NCBI GenBank assembly: GCA_045106895.1
Contig: JBGCFM010000055.1
Span: forward strand, 1 to 49,366
Direction of reading: 5' to 3'
Length of the DNA stretch: 49,366 nt
Origin: Polyangiales bacterium
Lineage (GTDB): Bacteria > Myxococcota_A > Polyangia > Polyangiales > Houyiibacteriaceae
This document shows, piece after piece, positions 1 through 10,107 of this stretch (position 1 is its first letter; every line of letters begins with the position of its first letter). The notes under the pieces are model-generated. The model was not told where the DNA came from and ran no database searches. It saw only the letters and a program-made list of their open reading frames with translations. Position numbers and translations under genes: made by a program.

Positions 1-1
1 C

Positions 2-787
<786 letters not shown>

Positions 788-2462
788 CCCAGGTTGCTCT
801 TGCTCTTCTGCATGGTCGAGGGCCTCGAGAGCTTGCGTGGCGGCGGGGTCCCCTGGTGAAAACACAAGCGCTGTTCGGTACGCTTCACGTGCGGCCTCGT
901 AATTGTCTTCCGTGCGAGCCAACGTACCGCGCTCGCGCAAAAGCGCGGCGGCTTCACGTCTGAGCGAAAGTGCTCCCTCGTGTCGTGGTTGGGATTCAAG
1001 TATTCGAAGCGTGAGCTCTGCGACGTTGTCGCCGGGCGGCGTCTCAAAGCGACCCGCCGCGAGGGCCTCTCGAGCTCGTGTCTCGAGCGCGCGTGTGGCT
1101 GTGATCTGAGGGTCTTCGGAGAAGAAGTGCTTCGCCCCCATGACGCCGCCCACCACGGCGGCGGCGCCAATGGCGAAGGCCGCGAGGAGGACAGGCCATC
1201 GCCGTTTCTTGCCAAGCCCCGGGACCATCATCCCCGTGACGTTGTCGCCATCGGGGGGGCGCACCACCGCTGGCACAGCAGACATGGACTCGTCCGGTGC
1301 AAGGCTGTAGCGGGCGCGCGGAAGAATGACCTCGCTCGCCTCGGCGGCGGCGGCGAGGGCCTCGCCGAAAGCGCTCGCGGTGTCATAACGAGCGTCTGGG
1401 TTTTTGGCCAAGGAGCGCATGATGACGTCGGCGATGGCCGTCGGCACCGAGTGTCCGTGCCCCATCGTGCGCAGGTCGGGGGCTGCCTCGTTGACGTGCT
1501 TCATGAGCATCGAGACGGGAGACTTCGCGTCGAAGGGCGTGACCCCAGTCATCAGCTGATAGATGAGTACGCCGATGGAGTAGACATCGCTGCGTGCATC
1601 GGTGAACTCGCCGGCGGCACCCTCCGGGGAGATATAGCGCGCGGTCCCAAAGATGACGCCGCTCTGCGTCATATGGCTCTGCTCATCCCAAAGAAGCCGA
1701 GCGATGCCAAAGTCCAGGACCTTCACGAAGTCCGGATCCCCATGACGCGACAACACGATGATGTTCTCGGGCTTTACATCCCGGTGCACGATGCCTTTGA
1801 CGTGCGCCGCGCCAATGGCCTCACAAAGCTGCGCCGAGATATGAAGCGCACGTGAGAGCGGGAGAGCGCCCTCTTGGCGCATGAGCTCCTGGAGGGAGCG
1901 CCCCTCGAGGTGCTCCATGACCAGATAGAGCCCGCCGTTGTCCGGGAGCTCTCCGAAGAGAAAGACTCGAACGAGGTTGGGGTGCTCCAGCGACGTGGCG
2001 ACCTTCGCCTCGCGATGAAAGCGCCGAACCGCGTCCGGGTTCTTCGTTAGCTCTGGGTGGAGGATCTTGACCGCAACATCGCGGTGCAGATTCATCTGGT
2101 GGGCGCGATAGACGGTGCCCATGCCGCCCGCACCAATGGCTTCGTCGATACGAAATTGCCCAAGGAGAACCTCCCCGAGGAAGGGGTCCACGGTGCCCTC
2201 GGCGCTGAGGCGCGCCCCGTCTTTCTGACAAAAGGCGGCCGCTGCGTCGTACCGAAGCCCGCAGATCGGGCATAGCTTTGAAGGCTTTTGGGCCATAGCG
2301 GAGTCGTTCCGGGCTGGAGCATAGCGCGACATAGGAGGGGTGCCTGCCTTCTATGACGGCCCGGAGGAGGGAAAGATTTATGTTTTCGCCTACTTTGGCT
2401 TCATTTCAAAAGGACAAACGGATCGTTGCTCCTTTGGTGCTGCGAGCGGTAGCATGTCGCCC

Positions 2463-3701
2463 ATGCGCTTCTTTCTGCGTCTTTCCGCATGCTTTGCCGC
2501 TCTCGCGACCCTTCTCTCGGTCGTTCCTTCCACCGCTCAGGCTCAAGGGGCTTCGGTCTACGTCCTGGGACTTCGATCCATCGAAGGCGACGATGAGTTC
2601 GCACGAGAACTCTCTGGGGTGATTCGCGTCGCCGCCGGCCGCATCCCCGGATGGGAGGTTGCACCCGACGAGGTGACGTTGTCCCAGATGACGATGATGC
2701 ACGCGTGCGATGAGCCAAACCGAGCATGCATGGGCGCCATCGCGTCGGAGCTCGGGGCTGTGAAGATCATCTACGGCACCATCGTTCGCCGTGGAGACGA
2801 TGGCTACGGCTTGACTCTTTATCTCTACGATCACCCGAGCACCTCCATCGAAGACCAGCTCTCCGACACGATCCCGCGCGGCGAGACCGGAATGGAAGTT
2901 CTCCGGCCACGAGCGCAGCGCTACACCGCGCAGCTCGGCGGACAGGCTCGCTTCGGTTCGCTACGACTCGAAGTCGGCGAGCCAAGTGCAACGGTTCGAG
3001 TGGACGGAAACGCAGTGGGTGTCACCGACGCAGCCGGCACGATTCTCGTCGAAGACCTCACTGAGGGCGACCACGAAGTCGAAGTAGACGCCGAAGGCTT
3101 CGATGCCCTCCGCACCACCGTCGCCATCGAAGGTGACGACCAAACCGAAGTTCGCGTTAACCTCAACGCTCCTAGCGCTGGCGGTGGCGCGAACCTTGGC
3201 TGGATTCCCGGCGCTGTCGTTATCGCAGGTGGTGTCGTCTCCTTTGCGATGGGCATCCGCTCTGGCCTTAAGGTGCAAAGCTGGGACGGCGAGATCAGCG
3301 ATGTTCGCGGTGCAAACAACATTGATGCGCTCGCTGAGTGCGTCCGAAGCGGAAACGCCAACTCGAACCTCAACGGCGGCGCTGAGAACATTCAGTGTGA
3401 CGTCGCCGAAGGCGGTCAGCTCACGCGCGCGCAGGCGCTCGTTCTCAGTGGTTCCGGCGATGTCTGCCGCTCCGGCCAGACGGGTCAGCAGGATTGGCAG
3501 AGCGACGCTTGCAGCGAGCACAACCGCCACACGATTCTCCAGTACGTTCTCTACGGAATCGGCGCTGTCGGCATCGGCGTGGGCACGTTCCTCCTCCTAC
3601 GCTCCCTCGGTGACGACGAAGACGATTCCAGTGTCGATCTGAGCATCTCGCCTTGGATGGCCGGCCGAGACGGCGGCGTCGACATGACGCTGACCTGGTA
3701 G
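2463..3701 (+). CDS. Secreted PEGA-domain protein, myxobacterial type
   Basis: Signal peptide ending AQA. PEGA-like segment ATVRVDGNAVG...GDHEVEVDAEGF. C-terminal hydrophobic segments and terminal beta-strand ending in W. Confidence 0.75.
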   Translation: MRFFLRLSACFAALATLLSVVPSTAQAQGASVYVLGLRSIEGDDEFARELSGVIRVAAGRIPGWEVAPDEVTLSQMTMMHACDEPNRACMGAIASELGAVKIIYGTIVRRGDDGYGLTLYLYDHPSTSIEDQLSDTIPRGETGMEVLRPRAQRYTAQLGGQARFGSLRLEVGEPSATVRVDGNAVGVTDAAGTILVEDLTEGDHEVEVDAEGFDALRTTVAIEGDDQTEVRVNLNAPSAGGGANLGWIPGAVVIAGGVVSFAMGIRSGLKVQSWDGEISDVRGANNIDALAECVRSGNANSNLNGGAENIQCDVAEGGQLTRAQALVLSGSGDVCRSGQTGQQDWQSDACSEHNRHTILQYVLYGIGAVGIGVGTFLLLRSLGDDEDDSSVDLSISPWMAGRDGGVDMTLTW

Positions 3702-3704
3702 TTC

Positions 3705-4280
3705 ATGAGAATCGTCGGCGGCGCTCTTCGGGGACGACGTTTCGATGGCCCCAAAGGAAACGCGACTCGGCCCACCGCGGACCGGGTTCGCGAGGCCATG
3801 GCCAGCGCGCTCAAATCTCGGGGTGCCATCGAAGGCGCGGTCGTTTTGGACCTCTTCGCGGGAACCGGGGCGTTGGCTTTTGAGGCCCTCTCAAGGGGCG
3901 CCGCGAGGGCCGTGTTGGTGGAACGCGACGCACGTGTTCACAAGGCCCTCAAACAGAGCGCTGAGTCGCTCGGTCTTCGAGACCGCGCGCGTCTGATCCG
4001 CGCGGATGTCTATCGCCACCCGAAGCGCGCCATCACCGGCGGCCCCTTCGACCTTGTCTTCATCGATCCCCCCTACGACCGAGTCGTCGAGCTCGGGCCG
4101 GTGTTCGCGGCGCTCGTCGAGGTGTGCAGCGATGATGCGATCATCGTCGTGGAACAAGCGCGAAACGACGCCTTCGACTTCGAGGGTGATCCTTCCCTTT
4201 CGCCCACGAACACCTACGAGTATGGTGACACTCTCGTCACCTTTGCCACCGTTTGTAAGCACGCAGGAGCACGACCATGA
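3705..4280 (+). CDS. rsmD: 16S rRNA m2G966 methyltransferase
   Basis: MRIVGG.LRGR, TRPTADRVREA, LDLFAGTGAL..EALSRGA, DPPY; canonical position upstream of coaD. Confidence 0.95.
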   Translation: MRIVGGALRGRRFDGPKGNATRPTADRVREAMASALKSRGAIEGAVVLDLFAGTGALAFEALSRGAARAVLVERDARVHKALKQSAESLGLRDRARLIRADVYRHPKRAITGGPFDLVFIDPPYDRVVELGPVFAALVEVCSDDAIIVVEQARNDAFDFEGDPSLSPTNTYEYGDTLVTFATVCKHAGARP

Positions 4281-4765
4281 GCGTTGCCGTCTACCCCGGT
4301 TCGTTTGACCCCATCACAAACGGTCACACCAGCATCATGAAGAGCGGTCTGACGGTGTTCGACAAGATCATCGTCGCGGTGCTTCACAACGAGAGCAAGC
4401 ACGCGCTCTTCACTGTTCCAGAGCGCATCGAGCTCATTCGCGCGTCGATGCCGGAGATCACGGACGAGCCCGACCGCATCGAAATCGACTCCTTCGATGG
4501 TCTCCTCGTGGACTACTGCCGTCAGCGAAAAGCCCGAACGATTCTCCGCGGTCTACGCGCCGTCGCCGACTTCGAATATGAGCTGCAGATGGCCAACATG
4601 AATCGCCACCTCAACTCTGAGGTCGAGACGGTGTTCATCATGGCCGACGACGCGTACTTCTATGTCTCGTCCAAGATCATCAAGGAGGCGGCCAAGCTTG
4701 GTGGAGACGTCCAAGAGCTCGTGCCCCAGCCCGTCGCCGCTAAGCTTCGCGAGAGGCTCGGCTGA
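4277..4765 (+). CDS. coaD: Phosphopantetheine adenylyltransferase
   Basis: YPGSFDPITNGH, RGLRAVADFEYELQMA, VSS; ATGA overlap with rsmD. Confidence 0.98.
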   Translation: MSVAVYPGSFDPITNGHTSIMKSGLTVFDKIIVAVLHNESKHALFTVPERIELIRASMPEITDEPDRIEIDSFDGLLVDYCRQRKARTILRGLRAVADFEYELQMANMNRHLNSEVETVFIMADDAYFYVSSKIIKEAAKLGGDVQELVPQPVAAKLRERLG

Positions 4766-5847
4766 TAGGTCGGTTCGCAGGCGAGACCGCCTTCGCGCAG
4801 TGCACGTAACGTCGGCATATCGCGGGCGGACACCCGTCCACAACGAAGCTCATTGAGGCTGCCCTCACCACTCTGAATGCTCCGGCGAACACGTCGCCAG
4901 CCGCGTAGATAGCTTGCGTCTCGCGCGATGCCGCCGCCGCGAAATGCGCGCTCGCCGAGTGTCACGCAGTCCACCGCGCTAAACCCCAACTCGCCATAAA
5001 GCGTGAGCACCACATCACGAAAACTCGCGCCCTCGTGCATCTTCTTCGTGACCCAGACTCGCGCCGCGATGGTGCGAACACGCCGCGCGTCCATCAAGCC
5101 AGACTCCGCTTCGAGATGCAGAGCGAGGCCTTCCTGGTCGGCAAAGGCGGTGGCGGTGCCCACACGAAAAAGCGCTAGCTTTTGTGCGCGGCCGTTGGCA
5201 GCGGCGATGAGATGACCAAGGACTTCATGGACGGCGAGACGGTGCGCCTCGCGAGCGTCGATGGGCCGGGGTGAAATGAAGACAGTTCGCTCGCCGGCGG
5301 CGGCGCTGGAGACCAACTTCGGCTCGACTTGAACCTTGATGTCGATACCCGCCGCCTTGGCGACGCTCCGTAGAATGGAGGCGAGGGAGCGTGTCCCCTC
5401 TGCCGGGACCTCATCGGGGTCTGCGCTCGAAGTGTCTTCGTCCGGTATATCCAGAATCCGCTGCGCGGCCTCGATGAGGGCTCCGCCGTCGCCAAAGCGC
5501 CGAGCCGCGAGGGGGCGAACGCGTTTAGGGTGGCCCAGCGCTTCGATGAGCATGAGTTCGAGCTCAAGTTCATCGAGTCGATCGCGGTAGAGCTGTCCTG
5601 CGAGGGCATCGTGGCTGAGTCGCCGAGCCTCCTCGAGGTCATGCCAGACCGCTCGTTTGATGGTCTGAGACTCGCTTGAAAACCTCGGGCCGAGGGCATC
5701 GACGTTCCCGCTTTCAAGTGCGCCGACGAGACGGCCGCGCTCTTTTGGGCCGTGCTTCGCCGTCAGCCCAGGCAGTACACGCGCAGCACGGCTCACGCGC
5801 TTGAGACACGAATCGAGCTCAAGCTGCGTACGAAGCGCGGCGTCCAT
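4660..5847 (-). CDS. DUF1704 / QEGLA-motif putative zinc metallocarboxypeptidase (MATCAP-like)
   Basis: HEVLGH metal motif followed by QEGLA; R..RGG...D..YL.G near the C-terminus. Confidence 0.8.
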   Translation of the reverse strand: MDAALRTQLELDSCLKRVSRAARVLPGLTAKHGPKERGRLVGALESGNVDALGPRFSSESQTIKRAVWHDLEEARRLSHDALAGQLYRDRLDELELELMLIEALGHPKRVRPLAARRFGDGGALIEAAQRILDIPDEDTSSADPDEVPAEGTRSLASILRSVAKAAGIDIKVQVEPKLVSSAAAGERTVFISPRPIDAREAHRLAVHEVLGHLIAAANGRAQKLALFRVGTATAFADQEGLALHLEAESGLMDARRVRTIAARVWVTKKMHEGASFRDVVLTLYGELGFSAVDCVTLGERAFRGGGIARDASYLRGWRRVRRSIQSGEGSLNELRCGRVSARDMPTLRALREGGLACEPTYQPSLSRSLAATGWGTSSWTSPPSLAASLMILDET

Positions 5848-5853
5848 CTCGCT

Positions 5854-7191
5854 CTAGAGAAGCTGTGTCGCGCGTTCGGCGAGTTCGCTTCGCTCACCCT
5901 TCACAAGCGTGATGTGCGCCGCGATGCGTTCGCCTCGGAAACGCTCCGCGACAATCGACAGACCGTTGCTTGAGCCATCGACATAAGGGTTGTCGATCTG
6001 CTCAGGGTCGCCCGTCAGGATGATCTTTGTATTCGCGCCCGCGCGGGTGATGACGGTCTTCACTTCGTGCGGCGTCAGGTTCTGTGCTTCGTCCACGATG
6101 AGGTACTGCTGGGGCAGCGAACGGCCTCGAATGTAGGTGAGCGGTTCGATCTGCAAGATGCCCTGCGTCATCAGGTCCTGGTAGTCGCGATAGTCGGCGT
6201 CCGGCCGGCGACGTCCCGTGAAGATGTACTCCAGGTTGTCAAAGATCGGCTGCATCCACGGGTTGAGCTTCTCTTCGAGGGTGCCCGGGAGGTAGCCCAC
6301 GTCACGGCCCAAAGGGAAGATAGGACGGGAGACGACGAGGCGGGCAAAGGCGCGGTCGTCGAGGACCATTTGAAGACCCGCTGCGACGGCCAGCAGCGTC
6401 TTGCCTGTGCCTGCTTTGCCCACGAGCGTCACGAGATGAACGTCGGGGTCGAGGAGCGCGTCGAGGGCCATGTATTGCTCGAGGTTGCGCGGGCGAACCC
6501 CCCAAGCCCCGTCGCGAGACACTCGGATCGGTTTGATCTGTCCCTTGTCGGGATCGAAGCGTCCTAGCGAAGTGTGCCGCGGGTTGCTCCTCTCTCGAAG
6601 AACGACGCCGGCGTTCGGATGCATGTCTGGGACATCGAGATTCGCGATGGCGACGGGGTCGCGTTTTCCAAGAGCGTCCACCGACGCTTTGTCCGCGTCG
6701 ATGGTGAAGATGCCCGAGTAGAGCTCCGTCGCGTGAATGCGACCGCCTTCATAGTTCTCCGCTTGAAGACCCAAGGCGTCGGCGCGAATACGAAGGTTCG
6801 AGTCCATCGTGACGAACACGACCTCGCGCTCTTCTTCGTTGTCGCGAAGGTCCAGCGCCGTGTTCATGATGGCGTGGTCCATCTGTCGGTTGTCACGCGC
6901 TCGCTCGAGCTTGTGCTCTGCGGGCACCGCGACGACCAGTCGGCCGCCTTGGTCCTTGAGGTCGACGCCGTCTTGAAGTGAGTTCCCGTTCGACTCGCGG
7001 AGGTCATCGAGCGTTCGCGCGAGCTGACGCGCGTTGCGCCCTCGCTCTGAGAGCTCTTTCTTAAACTGGTCGACCTCTTCGATCACGAAAATCGGAATGA
7101 CGACGGTGTTCTCTTCGAACTTGTAGATCGCCTCCGGGTCGTGAATCAGAACGTTGGTGTCGAGTACGAAGATCTTCGGCTGGTTGGACAC
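5854..7191 (-). CDS. PhoH2-type protein: PIN nuclease domain plus PhoH ATPase/helicase
   Basis: N-terminal VLDTNVLIHDP (PIN); GKAGTGKT Walker A; GYLPG, YIRGRS, DEAQN, GDPEQID. Confidence 0.93.
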   Translation of the reverse strand: MSNQPKIFVLDTNVLIHDPEAIYKFEENTVVIPIFVIEEVDQFKKELSERGRNARQLARTLDDLRESNGNSLQDGVDLKDQGGRLVVAVPAEHKLERARDNRQMDHAIMNTALDLRDNEEEREVVFVTMDSNLRIRADALGLQAENYEGGRIHATELYSGIFTIDADKASVDALGKRDPVAIANLDVPDMHPNAGVVLRERSNPRHTSLGRFDPDKGQIKPIRVSRDGAWGVRPRNLEQYMALDALLDPDVHLVTLVGKAGTGKTLLAVAAGLQMVLDDRAFARLVVSRPIFPLGRDVGYLPGTLEEKLNPWMQPIFDNLEYIFTGRRRPDADYRDYQDLMTQGILQIEPLTYIRGRSLPQQYLIVDEAQNLTPHEVKTVITRAGANTKIILTGDPEQIDNPYVDGSSNGLSIVAERFRGERIAAHITLVKGERSELAERATQLL

Positions 7192-7352
7192 CCGTCGACG
7201 CTACTCCCGGCCCGTGTGGGAAGCAACAATGAACGAAGGGCCAAGTCACCGGCTCGCCTCACGTGGGTGCTCTTGGAGGAAGAAATGGCGACGAAAACAC
7301 CGGATTGGCTGCTGTTGGGGGCGTGACCTTGAGAGGGAGGGGCGTCGTTCCC

Positions 7353-8522
7353 TCAGCGAAAGAGCTCGAGTCGGCCCGGGGGCGCGAGGCTGAGCGCGTC
7401 CAGGGGCACGCCGAGGTGTGTGTTTGCCACGCTCGCGAGGACTCGCCGGTAGTCCGTGGTGACCTGGAGGTCGCGGCCTTCGTAGAGGTCGGACTCCGCG
7501 AGGCCCGGCCAACGACCGTGGACTCCGCCGCGCACCCTTTGGCCCAGCACGAACATGGCGGTGCCGTAGCCGTGGTCTGTTCCAGCGGTTCCATTCTGCG
7601 CCACGGTGCGACCAAACTCGCTCATCACCAGGACCACCACGCGCCGCTGATGTTCGCCCAGGCTTTGCCAGAAGCTCGCGATGCCGCTCGCGAGATCTCG
7701 CACCCGCGCGTTCAGGGCCCCCACCTGATTTCGGTGTGTGTCCCACGAGCCTTGGGAGAGGGTGATGGTTCGAACGTTGGAGTCGGCGATCAATCGCGAC
7801 GCGTACTGAAGCGAGCGGGAGAAGGCTCCGGGTCCAAACTGCTCCCGTGACTCCTGCTCGAGGGGGGCCAAGCGCCGCAGCCGCTGCTGCATCTCAAGGG
7901 CGACGTGACCCGTGCGGCGGATCTCGGATTCTGGCGAAGCGTCTGGTTCGTAGAGCCGCTGGAAGAGAGCTTCGCTTTCGTGCCGTCTCCCCGTTCGCGC
8001 GCCGAGGGCGAGAGCCGAGGCGCCCTCGAGGCTATGTGGAATCGATGGGCCCATCTCGACGATGGGTGCCGTCACGCCTGCCGTGGCCCGCGCGAGCCAT
8101 CCCTCGAGGGGCGTCGTCTCCGCGCGGGCGCCGCCGTGCTCCATCACGTACTGAGCGGTGAAGTGGCTGCGAATCGCGAAGGGGAGACCGGCGGCAACGA
8201 CGATGCCGAGCTCGTCGCGATGCGGTATCAGGGGTCGCATTCCTGGGTGCAGGACGAAGCGTCGGTCCAGGCGAATCGACCCGGCGCTCTCGCTGCCTCG
8301 CCGTGGCGGGACGGGAAGCGCAATATCGGGGCGTAGGCGCCGGTAGTTTGGGTCCGCCGCCGGAGCGACGACGCCAAGAGAGTCCATGCCGCCACGCAGG
8401 AAGACCGTGACGAGAACGGCATCGCCCGACTGCGCGCGGGCGCCCCTCGTAAAACGAAGGGAGCACGCGCTGGCTGCGCCGCCGATGAGGAACGCGCGTC
8501 GAGAAAAAGGAGAAACACTCAT
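7353..8522 (-). CDS. DUF1501 family Tat-exported protein
   Basis: SRRAFL Tat motif; VFLRGGMD, RSHF, WDTH, SEFGRT..NG..GTDHG, DYR.V. Confidence 0.9.
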   Translation of the reverse strand: MSVSPFSRRAFLIGGAASACSLRFTRGARAQSGDAVLVTVFLRGGMDSLGVVAPAADPNYRRLRPDIALPVPPRRGSESAGSIRLDRRFVLHPGMRPLIPHRDELGIVVAAGLPFAIRSHFTAQYVMEHGGARAETTPLEGWLARATAGVTAPIVEMGPSIPHSLEGASALALGARTGRRHESEALFQRLYEPDASPESEIRRTGHVALEMQQRLRRLAPLEQESREQFGPGAFSRSLQYASRLIADSNVRTITLSQGSWDTHRNQVGALNARVRDLASGIASFWQSLGEHQRRVVVLVMSEFGRTVAQNGTAGTDHGYGTAMFVLGQRVRGGVHGRWPGLAESDLYEGRDLQVTTDYRRVLASVANTHLGVPLDALSLAPPGRLELFR

Positions 8523-10027
8523 CGAACCATGAACTCCGGGCTAGCGAGCAAAGCGAGTAGACGTTCCGAGCGCTGGCCGTCTTCGGCGAGGGACGTCACA
8601 ACGGCACGCGTTGCGGAACTCAGTTCCCCCACGTGAAGCTCCGCCCACGCCACCGCTTCCTCGCCGCTCGCCACCGAAGGAGCAGCGGCGTCTAGGTCGA
8701 ACTCGACGCCCGCTTCGCCCTCGACGAGGGCGCGGGCAAAACGAAAGCGCTCAAGCATGGTGGAGCTGCTGAGCCAGGCGTCTCCGCGCGGGTAACCCGT
8801 TGGGACCGGCTGATTGTACGGCAGCATTTGCATGCGGCCGAGAGCCTGGCGTAGCGGTCTTGCGTCACTCACACGGCCCCCCACGAAGCGAGCAGCGCTC
8901 ACGACGTACTCGAGGGGCGTCTTGAAGATAGGCGGAGCTCCCTCGGCCCGCCCAAGCTCGATGACGCGAAGCACGAGAGGCCTCAGGTCTTCGTCATCGT
9001 AGAAGGACGCAAGCGCCGAAGCGCTGGACTCGGTACCCACGAAACGCGCTTCGAGTCCCGCGGCGATTCGCGTCGCCACGCGTGGGTCATCGGCGAGCCG
9101 TCGAAGTAGAGCTTCGCCCTCCGCTTCGCCGCTCTGCTCTTGGCCATAGCTCTGCCCCATCACGAGCTTCGCTTCGGTGTCGTGGGCCCGTCGTCGAAAG
9201 AAGAACGTCGGAACACCTTCCTCACGGCGGACGTTCCAACCGGTGAAGATGCGCGCCGTCTCACGGACGTCGTCCTGGGTGTAGCCGTTTCCTTCGCCCA
9301 AGGTGTGGAGCTCGAGGAGTTCACGCGCGTAGTTCTCGTTGAGCCCGCGACCTTCGCGAAAGCCCTCGCGAACGCTGCTCGCGTTGTCGAGGTACTCGAG
9401 CATCGCGGGGTGCCGCGCCACCTCGAGGAGCATCGTCTGCATCGAGCCCACATTCTGCGCGCGAAGCATCTCCTCGTAGCCTAGAAGTGAGTACGCCACG
9501 GACGCCTTGAGCGCGTGAACGTTGAAGTGGTTGAACCAGAAGTCCGTGAGAAGCGCACGGAAGGACCCGGAGCCTTCGACGGCCAAGACCAGCGCCCGTT
9601 CCTGCTGAAGCTGGATTAGATCGCGCCGAGAGCCTTGCCGCTCCTCGGCGTCCATGCTCTCCGAACGCTCCGGCACGCGGTTGAAGCGCGCCAGCAACGC
9701 GCTCGGAGCGACGTCGATGGGGTAGCGCTCATCCAGCGTGGGCGGCGCCTGCTCTGCATTCATCAGCGCCTGCTGCGCTGCGTCCACGTCGAGGGCGGCG
9801 CGGATGATCTCACCAGGCCTTGCTCCCCAAGTGAATCGGTTCAGCAGTTGGCGTGCGTCGCGAACCGCGCTGGCGCTCGCTTCCCGTTCCCCGTTGTTTG
9901 TGGGTCCCTCCGCCTGAACAACGCCGGGAGCAGGTGAAGCAGAGCTCGTCCCTCTCTCGAGCGGCGACTGCGCCTGGCCGCCGCAGCCTAGGGCGACGCA
10001 CACGGCCACTAAGATCCACTTCTTCAT
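8519..10027 (-). CDS. DUF1800 family lipoprotein
   Basis: FWFNHFNV, HPAMLEYLDN, NENYARELLELHTLG, YTQDDV, FTGW, terminal SPEF; lipobox ALGC; coupled to the DUF1501 gene. Confidence 0.9.
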   Translation of the reverse strand: MKKWILVAVCVALGCGGQAQSPLERGTSSASPAPGVVQAEGPTNNGEREASASAVRDARQLLNRFTWGARPGEIIRAALDVDAAQQALMNAEQAPPTLDERYPIDVAPSALLARFNRVPERSESMDAEERQGSRRDLIQLQQERALVLAVEGSGSFRALLTDFWFNHFNVHALKASVAYSLLGYEEMLRAQNVGSMQTMLLEVARHPAMLEYLDNASSVREGFREGRGLNENYARELLELHTLGEGNGYTQDDVRETARIFTGWNVRREEGVPTFFFRRRAHDTEAKLVMGQSYGQEQSGEAEGEALLRRLADDPRVATRIAAGLEARFVGTESSASALASFYDDEDLRPLVLRVIELGRAEGAPPIFKTPLEYVVSAARFVGGRVSDARPLRQALGRMQMLPYNQPVPTGYPRGDAWLSSSTMLERFRFARALVEGEAGVEFDLDAAAPSVASGEEAVAWAELHVGELSSATRAVVTSLAEDGQRSERLLALLASPEFMVR

Positions 10028-10086
10028 TACGAAGAGAGCTAACACGAGAGACGAGAACAAGTCCGCTGTTTTACGTCTCGTCCTAA

Positions 10087-10107
10087 GAGCGCTAGGTTCT
10101 AGCGCTC
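10087..10107. promoter_or_regulatory. Perfect 9-3-9 inverted repeat GAGCGCTAG-GTT-CTAGCGCTC in a divergent intergenic region, directly before ATG 10108
   Basis: Read directly from the sequence. Whether it is an operator or an RNA hairpin is unknown. Confidence 0.4.

Noticed and set aside
5854..7191. PIN domain as a toxin-antitoxin or anti-phage system
   Set aside because: The architecture is the common PIN-PhoH fusion, with no antitoxin or defence-island context.
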